DNA from: Candidatus Omnitrophota bacterium
GTDB taxonomy: Bacteria; Ratteibacteria; UBA8468; MWAK01
Assembly (NCBI GenBank): GCA_043826355.1
Contig: JBDRQI010000005.1
Location: forward strand, 32,001 to 96,000
DNA length: 64,000 bases
Reading direction: 5' to 3'
Shown: positions 10,098 to 19,399 of the stretch, in pieces
How positions within the stretch are numbered: position 1 is the stretch's first letter
How the letters are laid out: each line of letters starts with the position of its first letter
Notes under the pieces: model-generated
Database searches by the model: none
What the model saw: only the letters and a program-made list of their open reading frames with translations
Told to the model about the DNA's origin: nothing
Made by a program: the position numbers and the translations under genes

Positions 10098-11287
10098 ATT
10101 TTATCCAAGATTGCGATGCCGGGCAGTTCCTTTCCTTCCAGAAATTCCAGAGAAGCGCCGCCGCCGGTTGAAATGTGGCTGATTTTGTCGGCTACACCGG
10201 CTTTATTCAAAGCCGCAATAGAATCCCCGCCGCCAACTACCGTATAGGCGCTGGAAGCGGCAACCGCCCGGGCAATCGCCATCGTGCCGCCCGAAAACTG
10301 CTCAATTTCAAAAACGCCTAACGGCCCATTCCAGAATATGGTCCGGGCGCGGCTGATACAGTCGGAATATTCCTTAATCGCCTGCGGTCCGATGTCAACC
10401 CCGATCCAACCGGCCGGAATTGTGCCTCTATCCGTAGTCAGGTATTTGGCGTCCGGCGCAATCTTGTCGGCAATCACGTGGTCCAGCGGCGTGTGGAAAT
10501 CATAAAGGTGCAGTTCATAGGTCTTCTTGATAATCTCCTTGGCCAGCGGAACGCGCTCTTCGTCCACCAGGGAAGCGCCTACCGGCCAGTTCTTCGCCTT
10601 AACGAAAGTATAAGCCAATCCGCCGCCGGTGACTACGATGTCAACCAGAGGCAGGAGATTTTTAATAATGCCAACCTTATCCGAAACCTTGGCTCCACCG
10701 AGAATGAGGAGGAACGGTTTTTCCGGATTATCCAGAAGTTTGCTCAGCGCTTCAACCTCTTTTTTGAGCAGGAAACCGGATACCGCCGGTTTTAAGACCG
10801 CCGGAACCCCGTAAGTTGAGGCGTGAGCCCGGTGGCTGGTTCCAAACGCATCGTTGACGTAAATTTCCGCCAGAGCAGCTAATTTTCCGGAAAATTCCGG
10901 GTCGTTCTTTTCTTCTTCAGGGTAAAAACGCAGGTTTTCCAGCAGAAGAACGTCTCCGCTCTTCAAATTCCCAACCAGTTTCTCCACCCCCGGACCGATG
11001 CAGTCGGGAGCCATCACCACTTCTTTTTTAAGAAGGCCGGAAAGGTGCGCGGCCACCGGAGACAGAGACATCTCCGGAACTTTCTTCCCTTTGGGCCGGC
11101 CCAGGTGTGAAGCAAGGATAAGCCGGCATCCCTTATCCAGAAGGTACTTGATGGTCGGCAGCGAAGCGGTAACGCGCGTATCGTCGGTAATTTTACCGTC
11201 GGCCATCGGCACGTTGAAATCCACCCGCAAAAAGATGCGTTTCCCGCCGATATCCTTTAAATCCTCAACCCCCATAACCCGCGCCAT
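10094..11287 (-). CDS. pgk: Phosphoglycerate kinase
   Basis: [33 protein letters not shown]. Confidence 0.98.
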   Translation of the reverse strand: MARVMGVEDLKDIGGKRIFLRVDFNVPMADGKITDDTRVTASLPTIKYLLDKGCRLILASHLGRPKGKKVPEMSLSPVAAHLSGLLKKEVVMAPDCIGPGVEKLVGNLKSGDVLLLENLRFYPEEEKNDPEFSGKLAALAEIYVNDAFGTSHRAHASTYGVPAVLKPAVSGFLLKKEVEALSKLLDNPEKPFLLILGGAKVSDKVGIIKNLLPLVDIVVTGGGLAYTFVKAKNWPVGASLVDEERVPLAKEIIKKTYELHLYDFHTPLDHVIADKIAPDAKYLTTDRGTIPAGWIGVDIGPQAIKEYSDCISRARTIFWNGPLGVFEIEQFSGGTMAIARAVAASSAYTVVGGGDSIAALNKAGVADKISHISTGGGASLEFLEGKELPGIAILDKI

Positions 11288-11342
11288 AAATACCTCCCCC
11301 TCACCTCGCCTCCCCCCGACGGGGAGAGGAATAAGGACGAGT

Positions 11343-12350
11343 TTACATTCGCTCAGTAATATACTTAACCAGGTCTACCACCCGGCTGGAATAAGCCCAC
11401 TCGTTATCGTACCAGGCCATTACTTTCACCAGGCTTCCGTCTACCACCGCAGTTGACATTCCGTCAACAATCGCGGACTTTTCGTTGCCGTTAAAGTCTT
11501 TTGAGACCAGCGGCTCTTCGGTATAATCAAGGTAAACGCCCAGGGAACCGGCAACCGCTTTTTTGAATGCCGCGTTGACTTCATCCTTGGTGGTCGCCTT
11601 TTCCGTCACTACCACCAGGTCAACCAGGGAAACGTTTGGCGTGGGCACCCGGATTGACAGGCCGTCCATCTTGCCCTTCAGCGCCGGGATGACCAGGCCG
11701 ATGGCCTTGGCGGCTCCGGTGGTGGTCGGAATCATGGAAAGAGCGCCGGCCCGGGCGCGGCGCAAATCCTTGTGGGGAAAATCAAGAATTACCTGGTCGT
11801 TGGTGTAAGAATGGATGGTCGTCATCAGACCCTTTTGGATACCGAAATTCTCAATCAGAACCTTGGCAACCGGCCCCAGGCAGTTGGTGGTACAGGAGGC
11901 GTTGGAAATAATCTTATGCTGGGACGCATTATACATCGCTTCGTTTACGCCCATCACGATGGTTACGTCCTCACCCTTGGCCGGCGCGGAGATAATTACC
12001 TTCTTGGCTCCGGCAGTCAGGTGGGCGCCGGCCTTGGCCGCTTCCGTAAAACGCCCGGTTGATTCGACCACTACGTCTACTCCCAAATCTTTCCAGGGCA
12101 GGGCAACCGGGTCCTTTTCCGAAAACACTTTAACCTCTTTTCCGTTAATCACCAGGGCTTTGTCCTTGCCTTCCACCGTTCCCGGATACACGCCGAAAGT
12201 GGAATCATACTTGAAAAGATGCGCCAGGGTTTTGCTGTCGGTGAGGTCGTTAACCGCCACAAAATCCAACTCCGGAAAGTTCTTCTCCAGGGCCGCCTTG
12301 AAAACCAGCCTTCCAATTCTGCCGAAACCATTTACGCCAATCCTTACCAT
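11343..12350 (-). CDS. gap: Type I glyceraldehyde-3-phosphate dehydrogenase
   Basis: [23 protein letters not shown]. Confidence 0.98.
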   Translation of the reverse strand: MVRIGVNGFGRIGRLVFKAALEKNFPELDFVAVNDLTDSKTLAHLFKYDSTFGVYPGTVEGKDKALVINGKEVKVFSEKDPVALPWKDLGVDVVVESTGRFTEAAKAGAHLTAGAKKVIISAPAKGEDVTIVMGVNEAMYNASQHKIISNASCTTNCLGPVAKVLIENFGIQKGLMTTIHSYTNDQVILDFPHKDLRRARAGALSMIPTTTGAAKAIGLVIPALKGKMDGLSIRVPTPNVSLVDLVVVTEKATTKDEVNAAFKKAVAGSLGVYLDYTEEPLVSKDFNGNEKSAIVDGMSTAVVDGSLVKVMAWYDNEWAYSSRVVDLVKYITERM

Positions 12351-12431
12351 AGTAGTTCTCCTTCGACCGCCGTAGCTTTAGCAAAAGCGGTCCTTGAAAA
12401 AGAGCCAGGAATCCCTGTTTTAGAAATGGAT

Positions 12432-12461
12432 ATTATACAAAATTCAGGGGGTGGGTGTCAA
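12432..12461 (-). promoter_or_regulatory. Sigma70 promoter of gap-pgk-tpi
   Basis: TTGACA (12461-12456), 18 bp, TATAAT (12437-12432). Confidence 0.75.
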
Positions 12462-12470
12462 ACACCCAAC

Positions 12471-12639
12471 GCCAGAATCGACTCGCTAAAAATGCGGATG
12501 CAGGTGAAGAGAACATGCGGTTTGGTTCTATGCGGTAACGCCGAATTCCCGGGTAGTCTCGCCGGGGTCCCAGCCAGTTAAGGCCGGCGCCAGGACTATC
12601 CTTTCAATTTGGCAACGAAGGCGGCGCGGAGATTCCGGT
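12471..12639. ncRNA. Candidate structured RNA, class unknown
   Basis: Nested complementary segments 12471-79/12631-39, 12540-47/12606-13, 12551-58/12594-601, 12560-65/12584-89. Confidence 0.3.
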
Positions 12640-12665
12640 TTTCGGTGGCCCTTTGCTATAAAGTT

Positions 12666-15600
12666 TTAAGTTTTTAGCTTATATATGCGGGATTCCATTG
12701 GCCCAAGATTATCTTTCAATGCTTTATCCTGAAGGGACAATTTCCACCCTTCGCCAACCACTTCGGCATAAATGAATTTTTCTCCGCTGTTCCACTCAAG
12801 TAAAATAGTCTTTGCTTCGCTTGTGACATTGGATACGATGATGTAAAGATTGTTCCCGCATCGAATACCTCTTGCCTGAATATCTTCCGGATTTTTTAAC
12901 CCGCCAACACTAATCTTTTCGGGTTGACCTTCAAACAAAGGTTTCAAGAGTTCGTGCAACTGAAAGTCAATAATTTTGAATGTTGACCGAAGATAATGAA
13001 AATATCCTTTTTGCCTCCATGGAGTATACAAGTCGTTTCGTTCACCATCCCAGTTGAAAAAAGAGAGACCTACCACGTTGTAAACGAGGCTTAAATGTGC
13101 TTGATTCAATAATTCGTGAGGCAAAACCGGGCGCTGGCCGGGCCGCATCCATGAAGATTGGACAAAGCTCCAGACTGGTTTGCCTGTTTCTTGCCGGGCT
13201 TTTTTTATCGCCTCGGGAAGCTGTGTAATTGGACAATCAGGAATCGGGTAGACATCAGTTTGCATAACGTCAACGGCATTCTTATATTCCTTGAAATCTC
13301 TGCCTGCGGCGCATACAAGGGTGACTAAATGGTTCGGGTCCAGTTTTTTAACCAGGTTATAGACCGCTTCAAGTTCTTTGGGTTCACATATAAAATCACC
13401 GGTAGAAGTCAAATTGTTTGGTTCATCAAACAAAAACCAGGCAAAAAGAGCCGGATGGTTCCTGTATTCCTTCACTACCTGTTCAATTCGGTCTAAACGT
13501 GGTTTTACCTGGCCATATTTAAAACTCTCGTAAAAGTAATCGTGATCGAGAACAAGGTGGCAACTTCCACCGCTCCGCATGGCAGCGTCAAGCTGGTCTT
13601 TCAAAATTGACGGGTCGTCGCCTGGAACAAAAGCGGCTGCGGAGGTAATGCCTAACGCTCTCGCTTCTTCGCTACCGGGATCAAGCCAGCTCATAAAAAT
13701 TGGAAAGTGGGGTTTTCCATTGAGCAGGATTAGCCCGTCTTTTCCCCTGACCTCGGTCTTCTGGATCGGCACGGCTTCTTCAGGTGGTAGTTTTGGAACT
13801 ACCAGGAATTCAGCCTCTGCGGAACTTGAAATATCAGAATCGGTTATGGTTGCAATCAGAGTATACCGACCGGGTAAGAATCCCGATATATTCACAGGGA
13901 ATGCTGCGGTCCCTGTTTCCATCGTCTTCATTTCTTTTAATACCGGGTCCAATGCCTCCCTTCGTTTTATGCAAATATTTAAAGTGACCGGTAGCTTACT
14001 TCCCGGGAGGAGCGAATCGATGTTTAAAACAAGATTTTTTTCGATAGTCCAATAAGCAAATTGGTCCAGCCGCACGGAGAGTTGTTGAGGGACTTTAACA
14101 AAGAAATTCCTTTTTACCTCCACTGCCTCATCGGAGGACAGGGACAAAACGGATAACGATACAATTTGTTCTCCGGGTGCGCTGGGAATGCTTAATGTAT
14201 AATTTCCCTCCTCTCCGGCGGCCAGATTTATTTTTTTAGAGTCTTTCTTTGCGGTTCCAGAAGATTCTCCGACTAAAACCAGCTGAAGGGAAGAGTCGCT
14301 GTGGTTACATAACTTTGCAGTAGCGGACAGTTCATCTTTGCTGACCTCTTCAATCTTAAGAAAGACCAACTTAACCGGAGGTGGTGTATTATTAAGTTCC
14401 ATTACGCCAAACCACTGGGGCCGGTTGAAGATACCCATGGTACATGCCCAGGCGGTTGGACCAAACCGGGGGCTATTTCTACCAATATTGAACCGCCATC
14501 CTTTATGCGGGACTGGCGATAGTTTTGTCAGGTCGCTCCAGGGAATCTTCAGGATAACCTCCCACGAATTTGCGCTGGCAGAAACCCAACTTTGCCAGCC
14601 ACCGTTCCATGCGGTGATTTCCATGGATTGAGTGCGGTCTATCTTGCTGTCCCACTGAATATTTTTGGGATTAACGATCAGATGGGTAATCGGCTCTTTT
14701 TCCTCCGGAGGCTGAATAAAAACCTCAACTACATCACCGTTCCAGATAGGGTCATCCCGTTTACTGCCCATCGTTTCAATCTTCTTCGTATCCGGGTCGG
14801 CACACTTTACCCGGATATAGAGATTTTCCTCATCGTAAACCATCCAAGCATATGTTTTTGCCGCTGCCGCCTCTTCTGCGCCGGTATAAATAGATAAAAA
14901 TTCGGAAAGTTTTGTTGATTGTTCCCAGTCTATTTTCGAAACATCTCCTGTTTTTGCCGGGGACACATAAACCTCGGGAAGAACCGGAATTATGCTCAAC
15001 CGGGGAACCAGCGCCTGTTCCGGTTCCGCTGGCTTGATTTTTGGCGGTTCAGGAACGATTCCAGCCGCAGCGGTGTTTTGGGACCCGTAAAAAGACTCAA
15101 TTTCTTCAACCGCCAGGCTTGTGTCGTAAAGAGCGAAATTATCAATAATACCCCGGCCATTTCTGGCTTCGGCCGTAGCCCAATAGCCGATATGGACCTC
15201 GTTACCCGGCTGCCAGGAGATATTAACGCGCTTTAACCCGGCCCAGGGCTCTCCGTTCACCATTACTATCAGACTGTCTTCTTCCATTCCGCTGTTGGTA
15301 AGCCAGGCTACCGCGACATGGTACCACGCACCGGGTTCCCACGATTCTACGCGGTAAGACTCGCAGTATTTTGGCTCCGCGGCTGAATCCCATACCACAA
15401 ATTGGAGTTTCGACCTTTTGTTATTTTCAACGAGTTTGCGCAGGGCAAAGGAATTTGGTTGAGAACTTACAGAACTTTCCAGAAGATAGTATTCTTCGTT
15501 GTCGTTCCCGCGCCATGAAGGCTGGAACCAAAAAGTTATCGTTCCTTGCTCTGGAATGCCTGCGGGTAGAGAAACTACCAGATTCCTGTTTTCCCCCAAC

Positions 15601-15785
15601 CATTGGCCCTGCCCTTCTTTTCCGGTCCGGGCAAGCTCTTTTTCAGCCTTTTCAAAATCCAGAAACATAATCGGCTTCGGCAAGTTCATCCCCTGAGAAA
15701 AACCCCGGGAGCTGACAAGCAATACCAGAAGTACGTTCAACAACCACTTACTTAAATACTTGTTTATTCTCCAAAATGACGACAC
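12666..15785 (-). CDS. Large secreted protein: LamG-like + CBM9-like + putative clan GH-A-like catalytic domain
   Basis: Signal peptide; GTITFWFQP/WYHVAVAW/IDNFALYD (LamG); YDEENLYI/DVVEVFI/WRFNIGRN (CBM9-like); NHPALFAWFLFDEP. Confidence 0.65.
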   Translation of the reverse strand: MSSFWRINKYLSKWLLNVLLVLLVSSRGFSQGMNLPKPIMFLDFEKAEKELARTGKEGQGQWLGENRNLVVSLPAGIPEQGTITFWFQPSWRGNDNEEYYLLESSVSSQPNSFALRKLVENNKRSKLQFVVWDSAAEPKYCESYRVESWEPGAWYHVAVAWLTNSGMEEDSLIVMVNGEPWAGLKRVNISWQPGNEVHIGYWATAEARNGRGIIDNFALYDTSLAVEEIESFYGSQNTAAAGIVPEPPKIKPAEPEQALVPRLSIIPVLPEVYVSPAKTGDVSKIDWEQSTKLSEFLSIYTGAEEAAAAKTYAWMVYDEENLYIRVKCADPDTKKIETMGSKRDDPIWNGDVVEVFIQPPEEKEPITHLIVNPKNIQWDSKIDRTQSMEITAWNGGWQSWVSASANSWEVILKIPWSDLTKLSPVPHKGWRFNIGRNSPRFGPTAWACTMGIFNRPQWFGVMELNNTPPPVKLVFLKIEEVSKDELSATAKLCNHSDSSLQLVLVGESSGTAKKDSKKINLAAGEEGNYTLSIPSAPGEQIVSLSVLSLSSDEAVEVKRNFFVKVPQQLSVRLDQFAYWTIEKNLVLNIDSLLPGSKLPVTLNICIKRREALDPVLKEMKTMETGTAAFPVNISGFLPGRYTLIATITDSDISSSAEAEFLVVPKLPPEEAVPIQKTEVRGKDGLILLNGKPHFPIFMSWLDPGSEEARALGITSAAAFVPGDDPSILKDQLDAAMRSGGSCHLVLDHDYFYESFKYGQVKPRLDRIEQVVKEYRNHPALFAWFLFDEPNNLTSTGDFICEPKELEAVYNLVKKLDPNHLVTLVCAAGRDFKEYKNAVDVMQTDVYPIPDCPITQLPEAIKKARQETGKPVWSFVQSSWMRPGQRPVLPHELLNQAHLSLVYNVVGLSFFNWDGERNDLYTPWRQKGYFHYLRSTFKIIDFQLHELLKPLFEGQPEKISVGGLKNPEDIQARGIRCGNNLYIIVSNVTSEAKTILLEWNSGEKFIYAEVVGEGWKLSLQDKALKDNLGPMESRIYKLKT

Positions 15786-15832
15786 GACATCCTCCTTTTA
15801 CAAATGGGTCGCATAAACTTACCCAGTCTTTA

Positions 15833-15851
15833 GTGAAAAATTGTTTTTCAC
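15833..15851. promoter_or_regulatory. Putative operator palindrome GTGAAAAA-TTG-TTTTTCAC
   Basis: Perfect 8-3-8 inverted repeat upstream of the secreted protein gene. Confidence 0.4.
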
Positions 15852-15909
15852 ATGTTACGCGCTCGCGCTTTTTCAAAGGGTGTTTTTTCCAAAAAAAAAT
15901 GATATTTTA

Positions 15910-17043
15910 TCAGCCGAAAAGACGGTCTTGTGTTTTGCGCCAGGCGGTCACGGCTTCCTGCGCCGACTCACCCGGTTTCAGGAAAGGTTGAAAAATAAGG
16001 TTGCTTTTCCTTTTCAATCCGGATAAAACCCGCTCAAGATATTCAGCAAGTGATTCTTCCTCGTTCCGGGAAACATTTCCAAAATAGACTTTGCCGGCTG
16101 AAACAATTTGTGCAACAGTCTCTCCCCAGGGATATCTTTCCGGGTTCCCGAAGTTAACCCCCCTGATTTCCGGCAAACTTAAAACCTGGCTAAGCAGAAT
16201 TTGGCCGCGGCCGCAAAAGTGAATCCAACCGCCAAAGGGTCTGAGCCCTTCCCGGAGAAACGGAAGAGTAACCTCAATCAAGTCCGGAGAAAGAAGGGTG
16301 GTGGTGTCTTCGCAGGCGCGCACCCCGCAGCCTGACATATAGAGGGTACCGCTGTGGTAACCGCTGGTTTCCGCTTCACCAATCCACTCTTTGATTTTCA
16401 GAGAAGCGGTCCGGTAGGCATAAGCGGTAAGAGTTAAGATGTGCCGCACAAACACCGGGTCGTCGTAAAATTCGGTAAAGATAGAATCACCTATTATCAG
16501 GTGGGCCAGGTCAAACGGCCCCTGGGTGTCAGGCAGATATATTTTCACCGGAGTTCCGTACAGTTTCTCCCGGTAAAATTGAACGAACCTGCCGCAATCC
16601 GGCATCAAACCCTTTTCGGCAATCGGCTCCAGTTTTTCCGGAGTCAGTTTCAAAATCTCATCTTTGGTAAGGTGGCTTTTCAACCAGGGCATCTTATCCG
16701 GAAACACCTCCTGCTTCAGGCCAAAAACGGTTGCCAGAAAACCGGTGCCAAAATTAACTCTAACCGAAGGAACGCTATCGCTCTTTGCCCGCAAAATATC
16801 CAGAATCGGCCAGAGTTGCTCGTAGAGCATCTTCTCCGGGTCAAAAAATTGCTCTTTGAGGTCAAAAACAGGATAGTTCTCCCTCTCTGGAAGAGACTCT
16901 TCAGAAACCAGAATGGGCAGGTAGTCCGGCTCTTTTCCATACCAGACTGCAGACTGACGTTCTTCGGCTTTCTCTAAGATAACCGGGTCAACTTCCTTCT
17001 TAATTAAACCAAGTAATTCATCAAGCGGAATTTTTTCGCTCAT
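15910..17043 (-). CDS. URO-D/MtaA-CmuA superfamily protein
   Basis: PDTQGPFDLAH, EFYDDP, IHFCG motifs. Confidence 0.65.
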   Translation of the reverse strand: MSEKIPLDELLGLIKKEVDPVILEKAEERQSAVWYGKEPDYLPILVSEESLPERENYPVFDLKEQFFDPEKMLYEQLWPILDILRAKSDSVPSVRVNFGTGFLATVFGLKQEVFPDKMPWLKSHLTKDEILKLTPEKLEPIAEKGLMPDCGRFVQFYREKLYGTPVKIYLPDTQGPFDLAHLIIGDSIFTEFYDDPVFVRHILTLTAYAYRTASLKIKEWIGEAETSGYHSGTLYMSGCGVRACEDTTTLLSPDLIEVTLPFLREGLRPFGGWIHFCGRGQILLSQVLSLPEIRGVNFGNPERYPWGETVAQIVSAGKVYFGNVSRNEEESLAEYLERVLSGLKRKSNLIFQPFLKPGESAQEAVTAWRKTQDRLFG

Positions 17044-17061
17044 TTTTTCCTTTCTGTCTCC

Positions 17062-17694
17062 CTAATCCCGGGCGAGCGTCAGACCGTAAACCTCTTCTGC
17101 GCCGGCCGAAAGAAGACGGCTTCGGCAGGCATTCAAGGTGGCGCCGGTGGTCAATACGTCATCCACCAAAAGGCACCGCCTACCTTTAAACGTTAACGGT
17201 TTTCGAACCTGAAACGCATCGGAAACATTTGCCATCCGCTCTTTCCCGGAAAGACCGGTCTGGGAAGGCGTATTTCGGAAACGAATCAGAAATCGGTTTA
17301 ATACGGGCAGGGAAAAAGAAGCGGCTATCTCCTGTCCAAGCAGTTCCGACTGGTTAAAATAACGCTCCCGAAACCGGGTTGGATGGAGCGGTACCGGAAC
17401 AACGCAATCAATCCGCTCGTTAAGTTTATGGCGCCGGCATAATTCAATCAGAAATTCAGCCAGGTGCGGAGCCAGAAAAACCTCCCCGCGGTACTTGAAC
17501 CGGTGGATGGCGGTTACAATCGGTTCCCGGTAACGCACGGCACTGAAAAGGTGGGGAAGAATAGCCACGGTCAACGGTTCAATCCGGATGTAACATTCCA
17601 TACAGAAAATTCCGGGCGGAATTTTTTTTCCGCAGGCACAGCAGAAATAGGGGTAAAATAAGTCAAGGATTCCCTGTCCTAAATTTTTGAACAT
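17062..17694 (-). CDS. comF: ComF-family zinc-finger/PRTase protein
   Basis: CxxC...CxxC, VPVPLH, FNQS, LVDDVLTTGATL. Confidence 0.9.
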   Translation of the reverse strand: MFKNLGQGILDLFYPYFCCACGKKIPPGIFCMECYIRIEPLTVAILPHLFSAVRYREPIVTAIHRFKYRGEVFLAPHLAEFLIELCRRHKLNERIDCVVPVPLHPTRFRERYFNQSELLGQEIAASFSLPVLNRFLIRFRNTPSQTGLSGKERMANVSDAFQVRKPLTFKGRRCLLVDDVLTTGATLNACRSRLLSAGAEEVYGLTLARD

Positions 17695-17703
17695 ACAATT
17701 GTA

Positions 17704-17778
17704 GTCATTCCCACAGATAGTAAGTGGGAATCCAAACCAATAAGGTGTAGATTCCCGCCTACCACATGCGGGAATGAC
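17704..17778. repeat. GTCATTCCC...GGGAATCC / GATTCCCGC...GGGAATGAC double-hairpin repeat
   Basis: Related copies at 48257-48288 and 50971-51053. Confidence 0.75.
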
Positions 17779-17803
17779 AAATTATTTTTTACCGATGTAT
17801 TAA

Positions 17804-18715
17804 TTACAATTTTTCCAAATACTTCTGGGCTGAAGATACTGCCAGCGCACCCTCGGCGCAGGCGGTCACCACCTGGCGCAAAACCTTTTGGCGGCAGTCA
17901 CCGCAGGCGAAAACCCCGGCCATCGAGGTTTCCAGCGTCTCATCGGTGATAATGTATTTATGGTTATCGACTTTAATTTCCGGCGGCAGAAAATCGGTGT
18001 TGGGCTGAGTGCCGACAAGTACAAAAATTCCGTCAACCGGCAGTTCTTTTTCTGCGCAGTTTTTAAGGTTCTGAAGCCGGATGCTCTTAACCGCATCGGT
18101 TCCGCTGATTTCCTGCACGATTGAATTCAAGATAATTTCAATCCTGGATTCGGCAAAAAGTTTTTCCTGAAGCGCCTGCGAGGCCCGGAGTGCTTCGCGA
18201 CGATGAACCAAAAAAATTTTTGCTGCCAGCCGGCTCAGAAAAAGCGCTTCGTGAACCGCGGTGTTGCCGCCGCCGATTACCGCCACGGTCCGGTTGCGAA
18301 AAAAAGGTCCGTCGCAGGTGGCACAATACGATACGCCCCGACCAATCAGTTCTTTTTCGCCCGGCACATCGATTTTTTTGGGCTGGGCACCGGTAGCAAC
18401 AATTACGGCTTTTGCCTCGTAAATATCTCCGGCCGAAATGAAAAATCGGTGTTCCCCTTCCTTCTTAAGTCCGGTTACCTGACCGCTGATAATCCGGGTG
18501 CCGGCCTTTTCGGCCTGTTCCTTCATTTTGGCGGTCAGATCCCGACCGCTGATACCACTTGGAAATCCGGGATAGTTTTCGATCAGACTGCTCCAGACGG
18601 CCTGACCGCCAACAGCGGTTTTTTCCAGGATAAGAACCTGCGATCCTTCGCGCGCAGCATAGATACCGGCGGTCAAACCAGCCGGACCGGCACCGATGAT
18701 TATTAAATCGTACAT
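17804..18715 (-). CDS. trxB: Thioredoxin reductase
   Basis: GAGPAG, GVSYCATCDG, GGGNTA. Confidence 0.96.
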   Translation of the reverse strand: MYDLIIIGAGPAGLTAGIYAAREGSQVLILEKTAVGGQAVWSSLIENYPGFPSGISGRDLTAKMKEQAEKAGTRIISGQVTGLKKEGEHRFFISAGDIYEAKAVIVATGAQPKKIDVPGEKELIGRGVSYCATCDGPFFRNRTVAVIGGGNTAVHEALFLSRLAAKIFLVHRREALRASQALQEKLFAESRIEIILNSIVQEISGTDAVKSIRLQNLKNCAEKELPVDGIFVLVGTQPNTDFLPPEIKVDNHKYIITDETLETSMAGVFACGDCRQKVLRQVVTACAEGALAVSSAQKYLEKL

Positions 18716-18733
18716 CGCTCTCCCCCTTTTAAA

Positions 18734-19399
18734 TTAGGTACGTGTAGGCCTGGGGCCGAAAATACCGGTACCGATGCGCACCAGATTAGCGCCTTCCTCA
18801 ATAGCCACCCGGTAAGAATCGCTCATACCCATCGAGAGATAACGCATCTCCGCGTTTGACGGAACAGAACTTTTAAGCCCTGCCCATAATGCCTTTGTCT
18901 CCTTAAAATACGGCCTTAAGTCCTCAGGGTTAATGCAAGTCGGCCCCATAGTCATTAACCCCATAATTTTTAGGTTGGAAAATCCGGAGATTTTTATGAG
19001 AAACGGCTCCACCTCTTCCGGCATCACGCCGAACTTCTGGGGTTCCCTTCCGCTGTTTACTTCAACAAAGATTTCTATTTTCTTGCCGATGGCTCTGCTG
19101 CGGCGGTCAATCTCCGCGGCCATCTCCGGAGAATCAACCGTCTCAATGAGGTCAAAGAGCGCAACCGCTTTCTTTATCTTGTTCTTCTGGAGATGGCCGA
19201 TGAAATGCCAGGAAATTTTGCGGCCGACCGCTTGAAAATGGGCCTCTGCTTCCTGCAAGTAATTCTCGCCGATAATTCTCACCCCGGCTTCCACCGCCCC
19301 CAGGATTTCCGCCGGGCTCCGGCTTTTTGCCGCCGCAACCAATTCGCAACCGGCCGGCAGTTTTCCTAAAATCTCCTTTACGTTATCCGTAATGATCAT
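18734..19399 (-). CDS. yggS: PLP homeostasis protein YggS
   Basis: GENYLQE, WHFIGHLQKNK, LSMGMSDSY, VRIGTGIFG. Confidence 0.96.
   Translation of the reverse strand: MIITDNVKEILGKLPAGCELVAAAKSRSPAEILGAVEAGVRIIGENYLQEAEAHFQAVGRKISWHFIGHLQKNKIKKAVALFDLIETVDSPEMAAEIDRRSRAIGKKIEIFVEVNSGREPQKFGVMPEEVEPFLIKISGFSNLKIMGLMTMGPTCINPEDLRPYFKETKALWAGLKSSVPSNAEMRYLSMGMSDSYRVAIEEGANLVRIGTGIFGPRPTRT

Noticed and set aside
12560..12616. Resemblance to the HDV ribozyme (GGUCCCAGCC)
   Set aside because: The pyrimidine-rich L3/P1.1 core and a downstream P2 partner are absent
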